From sequence record SRR22947725_1805: 64,000 nucleotides of DNA, one strand, 5' to 3'. This document shows, one piece after another, positions 51,787 to 61,478 of this stretch (position 1 is its first letter; every line of letters begins with the position of its first letter). A program made the translations under genes and the position numbers. The notes under the pieces are model-generated. The model was not told the origin of the DNA and searched no databases. It saw only the letters and a list, made by a program, of their open reading frames with translations.

Positions 51787-53268
51787 ATGGCCGTGTTTTC
51801 CTCCCTTTCTGAGCGCCTGACGCAGACGTTTGCCGCCCTGCGTAACAAAGGCAAACTCTCCGCCGCGGACGTGGATGGCACGGTGCGCGATATTCGTCGC
51901 GCTCTCCTGGAATCAGATGTTGCCTTGGAGGTTGTCAAGACCTTCACCGCCGCTGTTCGGGAACGAGCGCTTTCTGACGAGGTGAACACGGCACTCAACC
52001 CCGCCCAACAGGTTGTCGGGATTGTCAATGAAGAGTTGGTCGCCATCTTGGGAGGAAATCAGCGCCCGCTGACTTTTGCCAAAACACCCCCCACCGTGAT
52101 CATGTTGGCGGGCTTGCAGGGTTCGGGTAAAACGACGTTGGCGGGTAAGATCGCGCGGTGGTTGAAAGACCAGGGTCACACCCCGGTGCTGATTGCCTGT
52201 GACCTTCAACGCCCCGGGGCGGTCAAGCAATTGGGAATTGTTGCCGAGCAGGCCGGGGCTGCGTTTTTTGCGCCTGAGCCAGGCGATGGCGTGGGAGACC
52301 CGGTGGCGGTCGCCAAAGCCGGTGTGAAATACGCGAAAGAAAAGAACCACGATATTGCCATTCTCGACACCGCTGGCCGTTTGGGTGTGGATGTCGACAT
52401 GATGAAGCAGGCCGCCGCGATTCGAAAAGCGAGCGACCCGGATGAAGTCTTGTTTGTCATAGACGCGATGATCGGCCAAGACGCTGTCCACACCGCCAAA
52501 GCCTTCCAAGACGGTGTTGATTTCACCGGCGTTGTGCTGACCAAACTCGATGGTGATGCGAAAGGTGGTGCAGCGCTGAGTGTGACCGGTGTCACCGGCC
52601 GCCCGGTCCTCTTTGCCTCCACGGGAGAAAAGCAAAACGAGTTTGACGTCTTCTACCCCGACCGGATGGCCAGTCGGATTCTTGATTTGGGGGACATCCT
52701 CACCCTCATCGAACAAGCGCAAAAGACGTTCGATGAGGAACAAACCAAAGAGATGGAAGAAAAGTTTCGATCCGAAACTTTCAGCCTCGATGATTTCCTC
52801 GGCCAACTGCAACAAATCAAAAAGATGGGTTCCCTGTCGGGAATGCTGAAAATGTTGCCCGGTGCCGGGGCAATGAAAGACCAGATTGAGAATGTTGATG
52901 AGGGCGACTTGGTTAGGACCGAGGCCATCATCCAATCGATGACTCCTCGCGAGCGCTTGACGCCCAAAGTGCTCAACGGCTCGAGGCGGTTGCGCATTGC
53001 TTCTGGTTCAGGAACCACGGTGACCGAGGTGAACCAACTGGTGGTGCGCTTTGAGCAGGCCGCAAAAATGATGAAAACTGTGGCCAAAGGCGGGATCCCC
53101 CAACTTCCTGGTATGGGACCTATTGCGCGCGGAGGCGGCAGTTCCAAGAAGAAGGCAAAGAAGAAAACCGGCTCTCGGTCGGGTAACCCCGCCACGAGAG
53201 CTCGCGAAGTGTCGGGGGCTCCTGCACCCGCGGAACAGGGTTCCAGCTTTGGGCTGGGGCAAAAATAG
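51787..53268 (+). CDS. ffh: signal recognition particle protein
   Basis: GLQGSGKTT, DTAGRL, TKLDGDAKGG, M-domain SMT..ER. Confidence 0.97.
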   Translation: MAVFSSLSERLTQTFAALRNKGKLSAADVDGTVRDIRRALLESDVALEVVKTFTAAVRERALSDEVNTALNPAQQVVGIVNEELVAILGGNQRPLTFAKTPPTVIMLAGLQGSGKTTLAGKIARWLKDQGHTPVLIACDLQRPGAVKQLGIVAEQAGAAFFAPEPGDGVGDPVAVAKAGVKYAKEKNHDIAILDTAGRLGVDVDMMKQAAAIRKASDPDEVLFVIDAMIGQDAVHTAKAFQDGVDFTGVVLTKLDGDAKGGAALSVTGVTGRPVLFASTGEKQNEFDVFYPDRMASRILDLGDILTLIEQAQKTFDEEQTKEMEEKFRSETFSLDDFLGQLQQIKKMGSLSGMLKMLPGAGAMKDQIENVDEGDLVRTEAIIQSMTPRERLTPKVLNGSRRLRIASGSGTTVTEVNQLVVRFEQAAKMMKTVAKGGIPQLPGMGPIARGGGSSKKKAKKKTGSRSGNPATRAREVSGAPAPAEQGSSFGLGQK

Positions 53269-53443
53269 CCGGTTCTTAGAAATTTGCGGTGTGGTTACCG
53301 CTGGGGTCAAAAATCTGACAGAATAGGGCGCTGGAGATCATCACCCGACCCTCTATCAGGTGTAATCCCACCCTTTGATTCTCTGACGATTGTGCCCCCA
53401 CGTAATCGTTGGTAGTTATCGCAACTTATCAACTTGGAGAAAC

Positions 53444-54094
53444 GTGGCTGTAAAAATTCGTTTGAAGCGCATGGGCAAGATCCACGCGCCGTACTACCGC
53501 ATCGTCGTCGCCGATTCCCGCACCAAGCGCGACGGTCGTGCGATTGAGGAAATCGGGCTGTATCACCCCACCCAGGACCCTTCGGTCATCGAGATTAACT
53601 CGGAGCGCGCGCTCTACTGGTTAGGTGTTGGCGCACAGCCCACCGAGCAGGTCGCAGCACTGTTGAAGCTCACCGGTGATTGGGGCAAGTTCAAGGGCGA
53701 CAAGAACGCCAAGAGCACCGTCAAGTTTGCCGAGCCCAAGGTGGCATTCGCCGCTGATGCGAAGAAGAAGCCTGTGTTGCGCCCGAAGGCCGCGAAGCCT
53801 GTCGAGGAAACACCTAAGGCAGATGCTCCTGTGGAAGACGCTCCAGCAGAAGCACCCGTTGCTGACGCTGAGGTCGTAGCAGAAGCACCAGCAGCCGTGG
53901 AAGAAACCACTGACGCTCCTGCTGCAGAAGCCCCCGCCGAAGAGGCTCCCGCAGCCCAAGAGGCACCAGTGGAAGCACCTGCTGAGGAAGCCGCTCCCGA
54001 AGCGCCCGCAGCTGAGGAAGCCGCACCGGAGGCACCTGCCGACGAGGCAGCCGCTGAGGAAGCTCCCGCCGAAGACGTTAAGCCCGGCGAATAG
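53444..54094 (+). CDS. rpsP: 30S ribosomal protein S16 with a long acidic low-complexity tail
   Basis: [32 protein letters not shown] start after a GGAG RBS. Confidence 0.96.
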   Translation: MAVKIRLKRMGKIHAPYYRIVVADSRTKRDGRAIEEIGLYHPTQDPSVIEINSERALYWLGVGAQPTEQVAALLKLTGDWGKFKGDKNAKSTVKFAEPKVAFAADAKKKPVLRPKAAKPVEETPKADAPVEDAPAEAPVADAEVVAEAPAAVEETTDAPAAEAPAEEAPAAQEAPVEAPAEEAAPEAPAAEEAAPEAPADEAAAEEAPAEDVKPGE

Positions 54095-54096
54095 TC

Positions 54097-54333
54097 ATGT
54101 TGGATCGTGCGCTGAATCACCTTGTCCGGGAAATCGTTGATAACCCGGACGAGGTCAGTGTCACGGTGGTGGACACCCCTCGCGGTGAACTCCTCGAGGT
54201 TCGGGTTCACCCTGATGACTTGGGTCGTGTGATTGGCCGTGCCGGTCGCACGGCGAAAGCGTTGCGCACACTGGTTAATGCGTTGGCGGATGGCCGCAAG
54301 GTCAGAGTCGATGTCGTCGATACCGACAGCTAA
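54097..54333 (+). CDS. khpA: KH-domain RNA-binding protein KhpA
   Basis: DLGRVIGRAGRTA.ALRT; between rpsP and rimM. Confidence 0.92.
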   Translation: MLDRALNHLVREIVDNPDEVSVTVVDTPRGELLEVRVHPDDLGRVIGRAGRTAKALRTLVNALADGRKVRVDVVDTDS

Positions 54334-54911
54334 TGCCTGCTGGCTCCCCGCCCATTGCACCTAGGCCGGAGGCAGTGGAACTCCGCGTCGCACGCCTGGT
54401 CCGAGCCCACGGGCTAAAAGGCGGGTTGAAGCTTGAGGTCTATACCGACGACCCTGAACTTCGATTCACGGTGGGCAGCGAGTTTAAGCTTCAGGTTCCG
54501 ACTGATTCGCCGTGGTTGGGTAAAACGCTGACACTGGCGAGTATCCGGGAAGTGAATTCGTCCCCGGTGGCCTTTTTCGAAGGAATTGAGGATCGTGATG
54601 CGGCCGAAAGCATCGCGAAAGCGATTCTTTGGATCGAACACGACCCTGCGACGAGGCCCACGGAGAAGGACGCCTGGTTTGACCATGAACTGGTCGGGCT
54701 TTCGGTGATGCGGGAGGGAGTGTCGGTCGGAACAATTTCTCGACTGGAGCATTTCCCAGGCCAAGACCTGCTTGTGGTGGAGACACCCGCGGGAGAGGTC
54801 CTGCTGCCGTTTGTAGCGGCTTTTGTGCCACAGGTGGATGTCGCTGGCGGAAGCGTGACCATTACCCCGCCCGGTGGGCTGTTTGAGTCGCTGGAAGAGG
54901 CTGAGGGATAA
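54333..54911 (+). CDS. rimM: ribosome maturation factor RimM
   Basis: AHGLKG, TDDPE.RF, L.G..V, PFV...VP.VD, PPGGLF. Confidence 0.95.
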   Translation: MPAGSPPIAPRPEAVELRVARLVRAHGLKGGLKLEVYTDDPELRFTVGSEFKLQVPTDSPWLGKTLTLASIREVNSSPVAFFEGIEDRDAAESIAKAILWIEHDPATRPTEKDAWFDHELVGLSVMREGVSVGTISRLEHFPGQDLLVVETPAGEVLLPFVAAFVPQVDVAGGSVTITPPGGLFESLEEAEG

Positions 54912-54915
54912 GCCG

Positions 54916-55596
54916 GTGAAGATCGATATTGTCAGCATCTTCCCCGAAATTTTTGATGCCCTCGATGTGTCCCTGATGGGGAAAGCCACAGCTTCGCAGT
55001 TGCTGGATCTCTCCATTACGAACCTGCGGGACCATGCCACCGGAGTGCATAAGAGTGTGGATGACACACCCTATGGCGGCGGGGCGGGTATGGTCATGTC
55101 ACCCGAGGTGTGGGGGAACGCTCTGGATCCGCTGGTAACGCCTGGGTCTGTGCTGATTGTTCCCACCCCTGCGGGGGCTCTCTTTACCCAGGAGACCGCC
55201 ACCCAGTTGGCGCAAGCCGAGCACCTCGTCTTTGCCTGTGGGCGGTATGAAGGAATTGATCAGCGAGTCGTGGAGCACTACTCGGAGGACACTACGGTGA
55301 TGGAGCTCAGTGTGGGGGATTATGTCCTCAACGGTGGCGAAGTGGCCGTGCTGGTGATGCTCGAGGCCATTGTGCGATTGATGCCAGGTTTTATGGGCAA
55401 TCCCGAGTCGTTGTCTGAAGAGAGCCACGAATCAGGATTGCTGGAGTATCCCTCCTTCACCAAACCGCGCCACTGGCGGGGTTTAGATGTTCCCGAGGTC
55501 CTGCTCTCGGGCAATCACGAAGCTATTCGCCAGTGGCGTCACGAGCAGTCGCTGGCAAGAACTAAGGCTATGCGCCCGGACTTACTGGCGGATTAG
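54916..55596 (+). CDS. trmD: tRNA (guanine37-N1)-methyltransferase
   Basis: [38 protein letters not shown]. Confidence 0.97.
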   Translation: MKIDIVSIFPEIFDALDVSLMGKATASQLLDLSITNLRDHATGVHKSVDDTPYGGGAGMVMSPEVWGNALDPLVTPGSVLIVPTPAGALFTQETATQLAQAEHLVFACGRYEGIDQRVVEHYSEDTTVMELSVGDYVLNGGEVAVLVMLEAIVRLMPGFMGNPESLSEESHESGLLEYPSFTKPRHWRGLDVPEVLLSGNHEAIRQWRHEQSLARTKAMRPDLLAD

Positions 55597-56363
55597 TCTC
55601 TCGCTGTCAAGACCAAGGGATCCCCTTGGGTGATGACCACGGTGTGTTCCACATGTGCTGAGCGCGAACCATCGACACTTTTGAGAGTCCAACCATCCAC
55701 ATCGGTAAACACTTCGGCGGTGTTCTCCATCAACCATGGTTCAATCGCGAAGACCATCCCAGGTTTGAGCTTGGGGCCCCGTCCCGCCTCGCCATCGTTA
55801 GCAATCGATGGGTCTTCGTGCATGGTGCGACCCACGCCATGGCCACCAAAGTCGGTATTGACCTGGTATCCCCCACCCCGAGACACCGCTCCGATCGCGG
55901 CGGATATATCGCCCAAGCGGTTGCCAGAGCGCGCGTGAGAAATTCCCGCCAGAAGAGCTTTTTCGCAGGTGTCGATGAGGCGTTGGTCCTCGGGGGTGGG
56001 ATGTCCGCCCGCCACCAGGGTGAGGGCGGAATCGGCAACCCAACCGTGGAGGCTCACCGCGAAGTCAAGGGAGAGCAGGTCGCCCTGTTGCAGGGTGTAG
56101 TCGTGGGGGAGTCCGTGAAGGGCTGCGTCATTGACCGAGGTGCAGAGCACCTTGCCAAAGGGAGACCCGCCAAAGGACGGGTGATAATCGATATAACAAC
56201 TCTCCGCTCCCACGTCTTTGATCATCGTGTGGGCGAGAGCATCGAGCTCCAGAAGATTGACGCCCGGTAGTGCGCGGGATTTCAGGGTAGTCAACACCGA
56301 GGCGACGAAAGCACCCACCGGGCGCATTTCCTCAATGGTTGCGCGAGAATGGCGAGGAATCAT
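55593..56363 (-). CDS. map: type I methionyl aminopeptidase
   Basis: CTSVND...HG.P, D..V...GW..DS, GHG.G...HE.P, AIEP, SAH.EHT. Confidence 0.95.
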   Translation of the reverse strand: MIPRHSRATIEEMRPVGAFVASVLTTLKSRALPGVNLLELDALAHTMIKDVGAESCYIDYHPSFGGSPFGKVLCTSVNDAALHGLPHDYTLQQGDLLSLDFAVSLHGWVADSALTLVAGGHPTPEDQRLIDTCEKALLAGISHARSGNRLGDISAAIGAVSRGGGYQVNTDFGGHGVGRTMHEDPSIANDGEAGRGPKLKPGMVFAIEPWLMENTAEVFTDVDGWTLKSVDGSRSAHVEHTVVITQGDPLVLTARD

Positions 56364-56436
56364 AGGCCTCCAACCCTAGTTCAGAACAAATGGTGTCAGC
56401 CCCAAATCTGTGGCAGAATAAACACTTGTGCCACAG

Positions 56437-56527
56437 TGCGCCTCTGCCACAGGGGAGTAGCACACCACTTCGGTGGGTCACAGCTCTACCTCCTTACTTA
56501 TATTCGCGTGCGACCTGTGGCGGCGCA
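56437..56527 (+). promoter_or_regulatory. structured 5' leader of rplS (candidate cis-regulatory RNA)
   Basis: Long-range stem TGCGCC..GCCACAGG / CCTGTGGCGGCGCA, internal loop GGAGTA/GA, GCAC/GTGC stem, CCAC-TTCG-GTGG hairpin; extended -10 TGTGGCAGAAT upstream. Confidence 0.6.
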
Positions 56528-56540
56528 GAGAAGAGACATC

Positions 56541-56888
56541 ATGCAAACCCTCGATTTCATTGACCAAGCGTCGCTTCGGTCTGATATTCCTGACTTCCGC
56601 GCCGGTGACACCGTCAAGGTGCACGTGAACATTGTGGAAGGTACGCGCTCGCGTATCCAGGTTTTCCAGGGCGTTGTGATTGCGCGTTCCGGACACGGCG
56701 TCACCGAAACTTTCATTGTCCGTAAAGTCAGCTTCCAGGTGGGTGTCGAACGTACCTTCCCCATTCACTCTCCCGTGATCGACCACATCGAGGTTGTTTC
56801 TCGCGGTGACGTGCGTCGCGCGAAGCTGTATTACTTGCGAAGCCTTCGCGGCAAGAAGGCGAAGATTCGCGAAAAGCGCGATTCCTAA
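56541..56888 (+). CDS. rplS: 50S ribosomal protein L19
   Basis: [33 protein letters not shown]. Confidence 0.97.
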   Translation: MQTLDFIDQASLRSDIPDFRAGDTVKVHVNIVEGTRSRIQVFQGVVIARSGHGVTETFIVRKVSFQVGVERTFPIHSPVIDHIEVVSRGDVRRAKLYYLRSLRGKKAKIREKRDS

Positions 56889-56911
56889 GCTCTCCCGACG
56901 ACCAGCCCATC

Positions 56912-57625
56912 ATGGCGTCTAGCCGGAGGTCACCCCTGCGGATGATTTTCCGATTTCTTCGTGACGCCCTCGTGATTGTGTTGGCCGCTTTGGTGGTCTC
57001 GTTTTTTATCAAGTCCTTTTTGATTCGGTCATTTTTTATTCCCACGGAATCCATGGAAGCAACCTTGATTCGTGACGATCGCATCATTGTGAGCCAGTTG
57101 ACCCCGGCTGTGTTTGACCTCAACCGCGGGGATGTGGTGGTCTTCGTCGATCCCGGGGGATGGCTCTCAAGCCAAAGCGGTGTCAGCGAAGACGATCCGC
57201 TGTCCCGGGTCTTGAACGGAATTTCCGTCTTTGTGGGACTGACCAGCCCGGATGATAATCAGCACCTGGTGAAAAGAGTCATCGGGTTACCCGGGGACAC
57301 CGTCCTGTGTTGCGATGTCACCGGGGCGATGAGCGTCAACGGGGTTGCCCTGCCAGAAAATTATGTTCAGATGCCCGAGGGTGTCTCCAAGGTCAGCAGT
57401 AATGATTTTGAGGTCACAGTCCCCGAGGGCTCATTATGGATGATGGGGGATAACCGCTATAACTCGGCCGACTCGCGTCGCAATATGGATAAACCCGGTG
57501 GTGGATTTGTGCCGATAGACAACGTGGTGGGTCGAGCCCTAGTAATTTCCTGGCCCCAAGAGCGTTGGAGCTGGCTGTCGAACTACTCGTCGGTGTTTTC
57601 TGACGTTGAGTCGAGACAACCCTGA
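56912..57625 (+). CDS. lepB: signal peptidase I
   Basis: TM, IP.ESM..TL (Ser), RGDVVVF, VKRVIG (Lys), GDNR..S.DSR. Confidence 0.95.
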   Translation: MASSRRSPLRMIFRFLRDALVIVLAALVVSFFIKSFLIRSFFIPTESMEATLIRDDRIIVSQLTPAVFDLNRGDVVVFVDPGGWLSSQSGVSEDDPLSRVLNGISVFVGLTSPDDNQHLVKRVIGLPGDTVLCCDVTGAMSVNGVALPENYVQMPEGVSKVSSNDFEVTVPEGSLWMMGDNRYNSADSRRNMDKPGGGFVPIDNVVGRALVISWPQERWSWLSNYSSVFSDVESRQP

Positions 57626-57651
57626 GTCCTCCCGTATTTCCCACCCTCGAG

Positions 57652-58263
57652 GTGGAGAGCAGGCTGATTGCCCAGGGTTATCCCCGGGTGATTGGTTGTG
57701 ACGAGGTGGGGCGTGGCCCGCTGGCGGGACCCGCCGTCATCGGGTTGGTGGTCTGGGAGCCACACCACACCCAGTGGCCCGAGGGGTTACGCGATTCAAA
57801 AGCGATATCCGAGAAAAAGCGCCCTGGTATTGCCGAAGCGATTCGCGAGACTTTCACGTATTGTGCGATTGGCGAATCAAGCCCGCAGGAAATTGATGAC
57901 GGCGGAATCGTGAAGGCGCTGGCGACGGCGGTCGTCCGGGGGCTTCGGGACCTGGCCGCCCAGGGCGTGGCCGTAGGTTCTTCGGTGTTGCTCTTGGATG
58001 GCTCTCATGATTTCGTGACCCCGCATTTGCCCCACCCTCTGACGGTGGTGACAAAAGAAAAGGCTGACCGTGACTGTGTTTCAGTTTCCGCCGCATCGGT
58101 GATTGCGAAAGTCCATCGTGATGCGTGCATGGTGCGCTTTGGCGAGGAGTATCCGGAATATGGTTTTGAGCGTCACAAGGGCTATGGGTCAGCGGGACAC
58201 CGCGAAGCCATCACTACCCACGGCGTCACTCCCCTCCACCGAAAGACCTGGATTCACTTTTAG
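57652..58263 (+). CDS. rnhB: ribonuclease HII (true start may be CTG at 57622)
   Basis: DEVGRGPLAGP, DSK, LDG, AASVIAKV.RD, HKGY, HR..W. Confidence 0.93.
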   Translation: MESRLIAQGYPRVIGCDEVGRGPLAGPAVIGLVVWEPHHTQWPEGLRDSKAISEKKRPGIAEAIRETFTYCAIGESSPQEIDDGGIVKALATAVVRGLRDLAAQGVAVGSSVLLLDGSHDFVTPHLPHPLTVVTKEKADRDCVSVSAASVIAKVHRDACMVRFGEEYPEYGFERHKGYGSAGHREAITTHGVTPLHRKTWIHF

Positions 58264-58287
58264 CGAAGGTTCACTAGACTCCAGGCC

Positions 58288-58611
58288 ATGGGGCCCGATG
58301 ACTTTGAGGACTATGACCGCGAGGCCGAGTTAGCGCTGTACCAGGAATACCGCGATATCGTCTCCCAGTTTCGCTATGTCGTGGAAACCGAGCGGCGGTT
58401 CTATTTGGCTAATGAGGTCACTCGCGAAGTTGTTGATCGCGGCGGTGACTTCTATTTTGAACTCACGCTGAAGGACGTCTGGGTGTGGGACGTCTACCGT
58501 TCGGATCGTTTCGTTTCCCAGGTGACCGTATTGACTTTCAAAGACGTCAACGTCGAAGAGCTCGGCAACAAAGAACTGAAACTCCCCACCGAGCTGGCGC
58601 TCGACGAGTAA
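58288..58611 (+). CDS. DUF2469 family protein
   Basis: EL.LY.EYRD, YVVETERRFYLAN, WVWD.YR..RFV, TFKDVN.EEL. Confidence 0.9.
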   Translation: MGPDDFEDYDREAELALYQEYRDIVSQFRYVVETERRFYLANEVTREVVDRGGDFYFELTLKDVWVWDVYRSDRFVSQVTVLTFKDVNVEELGNKELKLPTELALDE

Positions 58612-58698
58612 TCGGTCCAGAGCGCCTTTCACTCAGGAGTTATCCCAGGGTTGGGGTCTCAAGCCCCGGTTTGTGGGGTTGTCTGGCACGGTGCCGAT

Positions 58699-59622
58699 AT
58701 GAACGATGACAGCTCTCGCATCGCCTGGGGAATGATCGCTCACCCCGGTGATGTGCTCGCTCGGGACGTGTGTGAACTGTTTGGGCCAGCGGAAGCATTG
58801 GCGCGGGTGCTTGCTTCCCGCTCGCATGCGGCGACCCTGTCCCTTGTGAGGGGGGAGGTGACCGGAGGAGATCGAAAGCACCTGGGAACGTTGCAGGAGC
58901 GATACGACGCTGACGGGGTCTCTGCCTCACTTCTCCAGCAAGTCCGGGCGGGAATCGGCGTCCTCCACCCTTCGCACCCGGCCTGGCCCGCCAGGCTTGC
59001 GGACTTGGGAGATGCGGCACCGCTCGCACTCTGGTTCAGGGGGAACCCTGAGGCAGCGACGACCCTTCCTGTGCTTGCTGTTGTGGGAAGTAGGCGACCC
59101 AGCGGTGCGGGGCTGGGAAACGCAACCAGCATTGTGGCCGGAACATGGAGCGAAGGGGTCGCCATCCTCTCGGGGGGAGCCGCGGGGATTGATACGGTGG
59201 CGCATCAGGCAAGCCTGATTCACCAGAGGGTGCCCCTCTGCGTCCTCGCGGGCGGGTTGGAATCGGTATATCCGAGCGAAAACACCGCGCTGATGAGCCA
59301 GATTGAGGAGCGCGGGGCTATTTTCTCTGAAGCGCCCTGTGGGCTGCGGATTCGGCCAGAACGTTTTCTGGCCAGGAATCGCCTGATTGCGGCGCTGTCT
59401 GACGGTGTCGTGGTGGTGGAGGCCGCCTATCGCTCGGGAGCCATCAACACCGCCCATCACGCGGCGGGACTGGGCCGACAGATTGGTGTGGTTCCGGGGC
59501 GGTGGGGCGACCCTGCAGCCAGAGGATGTTTCCGGATTGCTCGTGACGTGGGGGCAATGGTGTTGACTGAGGCGGCAGATGTGGGTTTTTTGCTCCCGGG
59601 GATGCCAGGCGTCCACGCCTAA
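58699..59622 (+). CDS. dprA: DNA-processing protein DprA (no C-terminal winged-helix domain)
   Basis: P..L..RG, AVVGSR, SGGA.GID..AH, F..RNR.IA.LS, VVEA..RSG...TA..A...GR. Confidence 0.9.
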   Translation: MNDDSSRIAWGMIAHPGDVLARDVCELFGPAEALARVLASRSHAATLSLVRGEVTGGDRKHLGTLQERYDADGVSASLLQQVRAGIGVLHPSHPAWPARLADLGDAAPLALWFRGNPEAATTLPVLAVVGSRRPSGAGLGNATSIVAGTWSEGVAILSGGAAGIDTVAHQASLIHQRVPLCVLAGGLESVYPSENTALMSQIEERGAIFSEAPCGLRIRPERFLARNRLIAALSDGVVVVEAAYRSGAINTAHHAAGLGRQIGVVPGRWGDPAARGCFRIARDVGAMVLTEAADVGFLLPGMPGVHA

Positions 59623-59631
59623 GCTGGGGGT

Positions 59632-60570
59632 ATGAGCTCGTTTGGCCAACACCCCTCCGCAGAGCACGTCGTGGTGCACATCAGTGACACTCACCTTCTG
59701 GCGGGGAATGCCAAGCTGTATGGATCCATCGACTCTGATGCGCCCCTGAGGCTGCTGATGGAACGCTTGGTGGCCAGCGGAATCACCATAGACGCCCTGG
59801 TCTTCACCGGAGACTTGGCGGATCGAGGAGAAGAGGACGCCTATCGGCGTCTGCGCTCTTTGGTCGAACCCTGGGCGACAAAGCTCAACACCCAGATTGT
59901 GTGGGTAATGGGAAACCACGATGAGAGGGAAGCCTTTTCATCGGTTTTGACACGCAGCGAGCCCTCGTCCGCTCCCCAGGATGCTGTCTCTGTCGTGAAT
60001 GGCCTCAGAATTATTGCCCTCGATACTTCTGTGCCCGGCTATCACCACGGCGAATTGACACTGGCCCAGTTGGAATGGCTCGCCAGAGAACTGGAAACGC
60101 CTGCGGAAAAAGGTACCCTCTTAGCTCTCCACCATCCACCCATCCCCACCCCGATTGAACTGATGGGCCTCATTGAATTGGAGGACCAGGCGGCGCTTGC
60201 CGCGGTGGTTCGAGGCAGCGATGTCCGGGGAATTTTGGCGGGACATTTGCACTATTCCACCTATTCGACTTTTGCCGGCGTCCCCATCTCGGTGGCGGCT
60301 GCAGCCTGTTACAACATCGATTTGATCGCTCCCTCCACCACCATTTTGTCGGCAAAAACTACGGGACTCGCAGCGTCTCTGGTGCACGTGTATCCCGAAC
60401 AGGTGGTGTTTTCCGAGGTCCCCCTGGACGACGTTTCCGAAATCATGTCCTACGACGCGAGCTACCGCTCCGTGGTTGAGGCGATGAGTGCCGAGGAGCG
60501 CAAGGCGATGTTTTCGAAGAAGGATTCGGAGTTTAATTCCCACGCAGATCAGGTTCAATCCGGTTCGTGA
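59632..60570 (+). CDS. metallophosphoesterase (CpdA/Icc/GpdQ-like phosphodiesterase)
   Basis: SDTH, GDLAD, GNHD, HHPP, GHLH. Confidence 0.9.
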   Translation: MSSFGQHPSAEHVVVHISDTHLLAGNAKLYGSIDSDAPLRLLMERLVASGITIDALVFTGDLADRGEEDAYRRLRSLVEPWATKLNTQIVWVMGNHDEREAFSSVLTRSEPSSAPQDAVSVVNGLRIIALDTSVPGYHHGELTLAQLEWLARELETPAEKGTLLALHHPPIPTPIELMGLIELEDQAALAAVVRGSDVRGILAGHLHYSTYSTFAGVPISVAAAACYNIDLIAPSTTILSAKTTGLAASLVHVYPEQVVFSEVPLDDVSEIMSYDASYRSVVEAMSAEERKAMFSKKDSEFNSHADQVQSGS

Positions 60571-61478
60571 TGGAGCCGTTGCGCCAGCTGTCTAGGCGGT
60601 ACTGCCAGGAATTGGCAGATTCCAGGACGCTGTCAGAGAACTCGCTCAAAGCCTATGAAGGCGACGTAGGACAACTGGTGGAGTATGCCATCACCCAGAG
60701 GGTGGAGCAGGCGGGTGAGCTCGATACCGAACTGTGTCGATCGTGGGTGTGGTCCCTGGCCGAATCGGGTATTGCCGCAGCGTCGCTGCGGCGAAAAGTA
60801 TCCTCTCTCAAGGGCTTTACCCACTGGCTAGGTCTTCAGGGTCACACCACAGGGGATGTGGGGGTGCGAGTGGCAGCGCCCAAAGCGCAACAGTCGTTAC
60901 CCAGAGTTCTCTCCAGAGCACATATGGACCACATTCTGGATGGCCTTGAAGCCGCGGCACAGGGTGACGACCCAGTGGCTCTCAGAAACGCAGCCATCAT
61001 TGAGCTCCTCTATGCCACGGCGATGCGGGTCAGCGAATTGACTTCGCTCACACTGGACCATTGTGACGCTTCGGCTCTCACGGTTAAAGTTCTCGGAAAA
61101 GGGAACAAAGAACGCATGATTCCCCTGGGTCGTCCCGCTCAGGTTGCGCTCGATCGATATGTGGCATCGGGCAGGCCGGCTCTGGCTGAGGCAGAGTCGG
61201 GAGAAACCGTTTTTCTTTCCCGTCTGGGAAAAGCAATGGGTTCGCGCAGTGTTTACCAGGTGGTGGCGACGCTGTTGGCCGATATGGGAGGCGACGGGCC
61301 GCTGGGCCCGCATACTCTTCGACACACGGCGGCGACCCATCTCTTGGATGGCGGAGCTGATTTGCGCAGCGTTCAAGAACTATTGGGCCACTCATCGCTG
61401 GGCACGACACAGATTTATACCCACGTCTCAATCGAGCGCCTGAAAGGCGCCTACGACACAGCCCACCCTCGGGCGTAA
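60567..61478 (+). CDS. xerC: tyrosine recombinase XerC
   Basis: R.SEL, GKG.KER, HTLRH..ATHLL.GGADLR.VQELLGH....TT.IY, HPRA; conserved position after dprA. Confidence 0.93.
   Translation: MMEPLRQLSRRYCQELADSRTLSENSLKAYEGDVGQLVEYAITQRVEQAGELDTELCRSWVWSLAESGIAAASLRRKVSSLKGFTHWLGLQGHTTGDVGVRVAAPKAQQSLPRVLSRAHMDHILDGLEAAAQGDDPVALRNAAIIELLYATAMRVSELTSLTLDHCDASALTVKVLGKGNKERMIPLGRPAQVALDRYVASGRPALAEAESGETVFLSRLGKAMGSRSVYQVVATLLADMGGDGPLGPHTLRHTAATHLLDGGADLRSVQELLGHSSLGTTQIYTHVSIERLKGAYDTAHPRA

Noticed and set aside
53900-54080. Short periodic repeats as a CRISPR array
   Set aside because: They are degenerate in-frame coding repeats of the S16 tail, with no spacers or cas genes.
58640-58650. TTATCCCAG as a DnaA box or competence motif upstream of dprA (a similar TGTCCCCAG lies upstream of the M23 gene)
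   Set aside because: These are single, short, mismatched hits that cannot be told apart from chance without a genome-wide scan.
60567-61478. Tyrosine recombinase as the integrase of an island at tRNA-Leu
   Set aside because: Motifs and the dprA/M23 context identify housekeeping XerC; I saw no att repeat or cargo boundary.
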